A stretch of 54,384 bases of DNA from a virus (Duplodnaviria > Caudoviricetes): the IMG/VR virus record IMGVR_UViG_3300044809_000029, positions 1-54,384 of that record; one strand, written 5' to 3'. The position numbers and the translations under genes are program-made. The notes under the pieces were generated by a model. The model was not told where the DNA came from, did no database searches, and saw nothing but the letters and a program-made list of their open reading frames with translations. This document shows, piece after piece, positions 54,052-54,384 of this stretch (its first letter is position 1; each line of letters begins with the position of its first letter).

Positions 54052-54317
54052 GACTGGGGCTCCGTGCTGACGAGGACCGCGTTGATCGCGTCCCGGTGAG
54101 CCGCGAGCTGCGCGCGAGACATGACGATGCCGACCTGGACGGTCGAGATGAAGCTGTCGACGGACAGCACGACCGCGTCCGGCTTGCCGTTGACGCCGAC
54201 GCTCACGCGCAGCCACGCGTCGTTGTCGACGGCGGTCGAGCGTGACGAGTGGGTCACCGCGCCGGTCGCGGGCCTATCCTGGGTGGCGATGCTCACGGGC
54301 TTCTCCTGTGGGCTCAC
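54048..54317 (-). CDS. Hypothetical protein spanning the circular junction
   Basis: Coupled ORF; its 5' end is duplicated at 1-60. Confidence 0.55.
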   Translation of the reverse strand: MSPQEKPVSIATQDRPATGAVTHSSRSTAVDNDAWLRVSVGVNGKPDAVVLSVDSFISTVQVGIVMSRAQLAAHRDAINAVLVSTEPQS

Positions 54318-54384
54318 GCGGCCCTCGGCGCTACAGACGCCGGGGGCTGCTCAGTCTTCGGGTGGTCCCCGTTGGCCGGGCGTG

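Noticed and set aside
54258-54384. Terminal repeat as a biological DTR
   Set aside because: Exactly 127 bp and falls inside an early-gene operon; typical assembler circular overlap

Overview
The window looks like one complete, circular temperate phage genome. It is about 54.26 kb, roughly 70% GC by eye, and bases 1-127 are identical to 54258-54384, consistent with an assembly overlap. Gene style suggests an actinobacterial host, probably Thermoleophilia/Solirubrobacterales (inference). Almost all genes are on the minus strand in tightly coupled operons. In transcription order these are: Cro-like HTHs, Rad52-like SSAP and PD-(D/E)XK exonuclease, J-domain protein, replication initiator, tyrosine recombinase, DNA methylase, HNHs, terminase, portal, head genes, a contractile (sheath/tube/baseplate) tail and a lysis cassette. 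Plus-strand genes are a repressor, a lipoprotein, a large serine integrase, several moron-like genes and an IS1595 transposase. Main oddities: (1) a trigger-factor homologue lacking the ribosome-binding domain, coupled to a 998-aa head-module fibre and followed by two small related genes that echo fibre motifs; (2) a holin ending in a class III (prepilin) cleavage motif; (3) a 2.9-kb cargo-carrying IS1595 element with perfect 28-bp TIRs and an 8-bp TSD that splits a small Zn-ribbon gene. All protein calls come from motif recognition by eye; no database searches were run.
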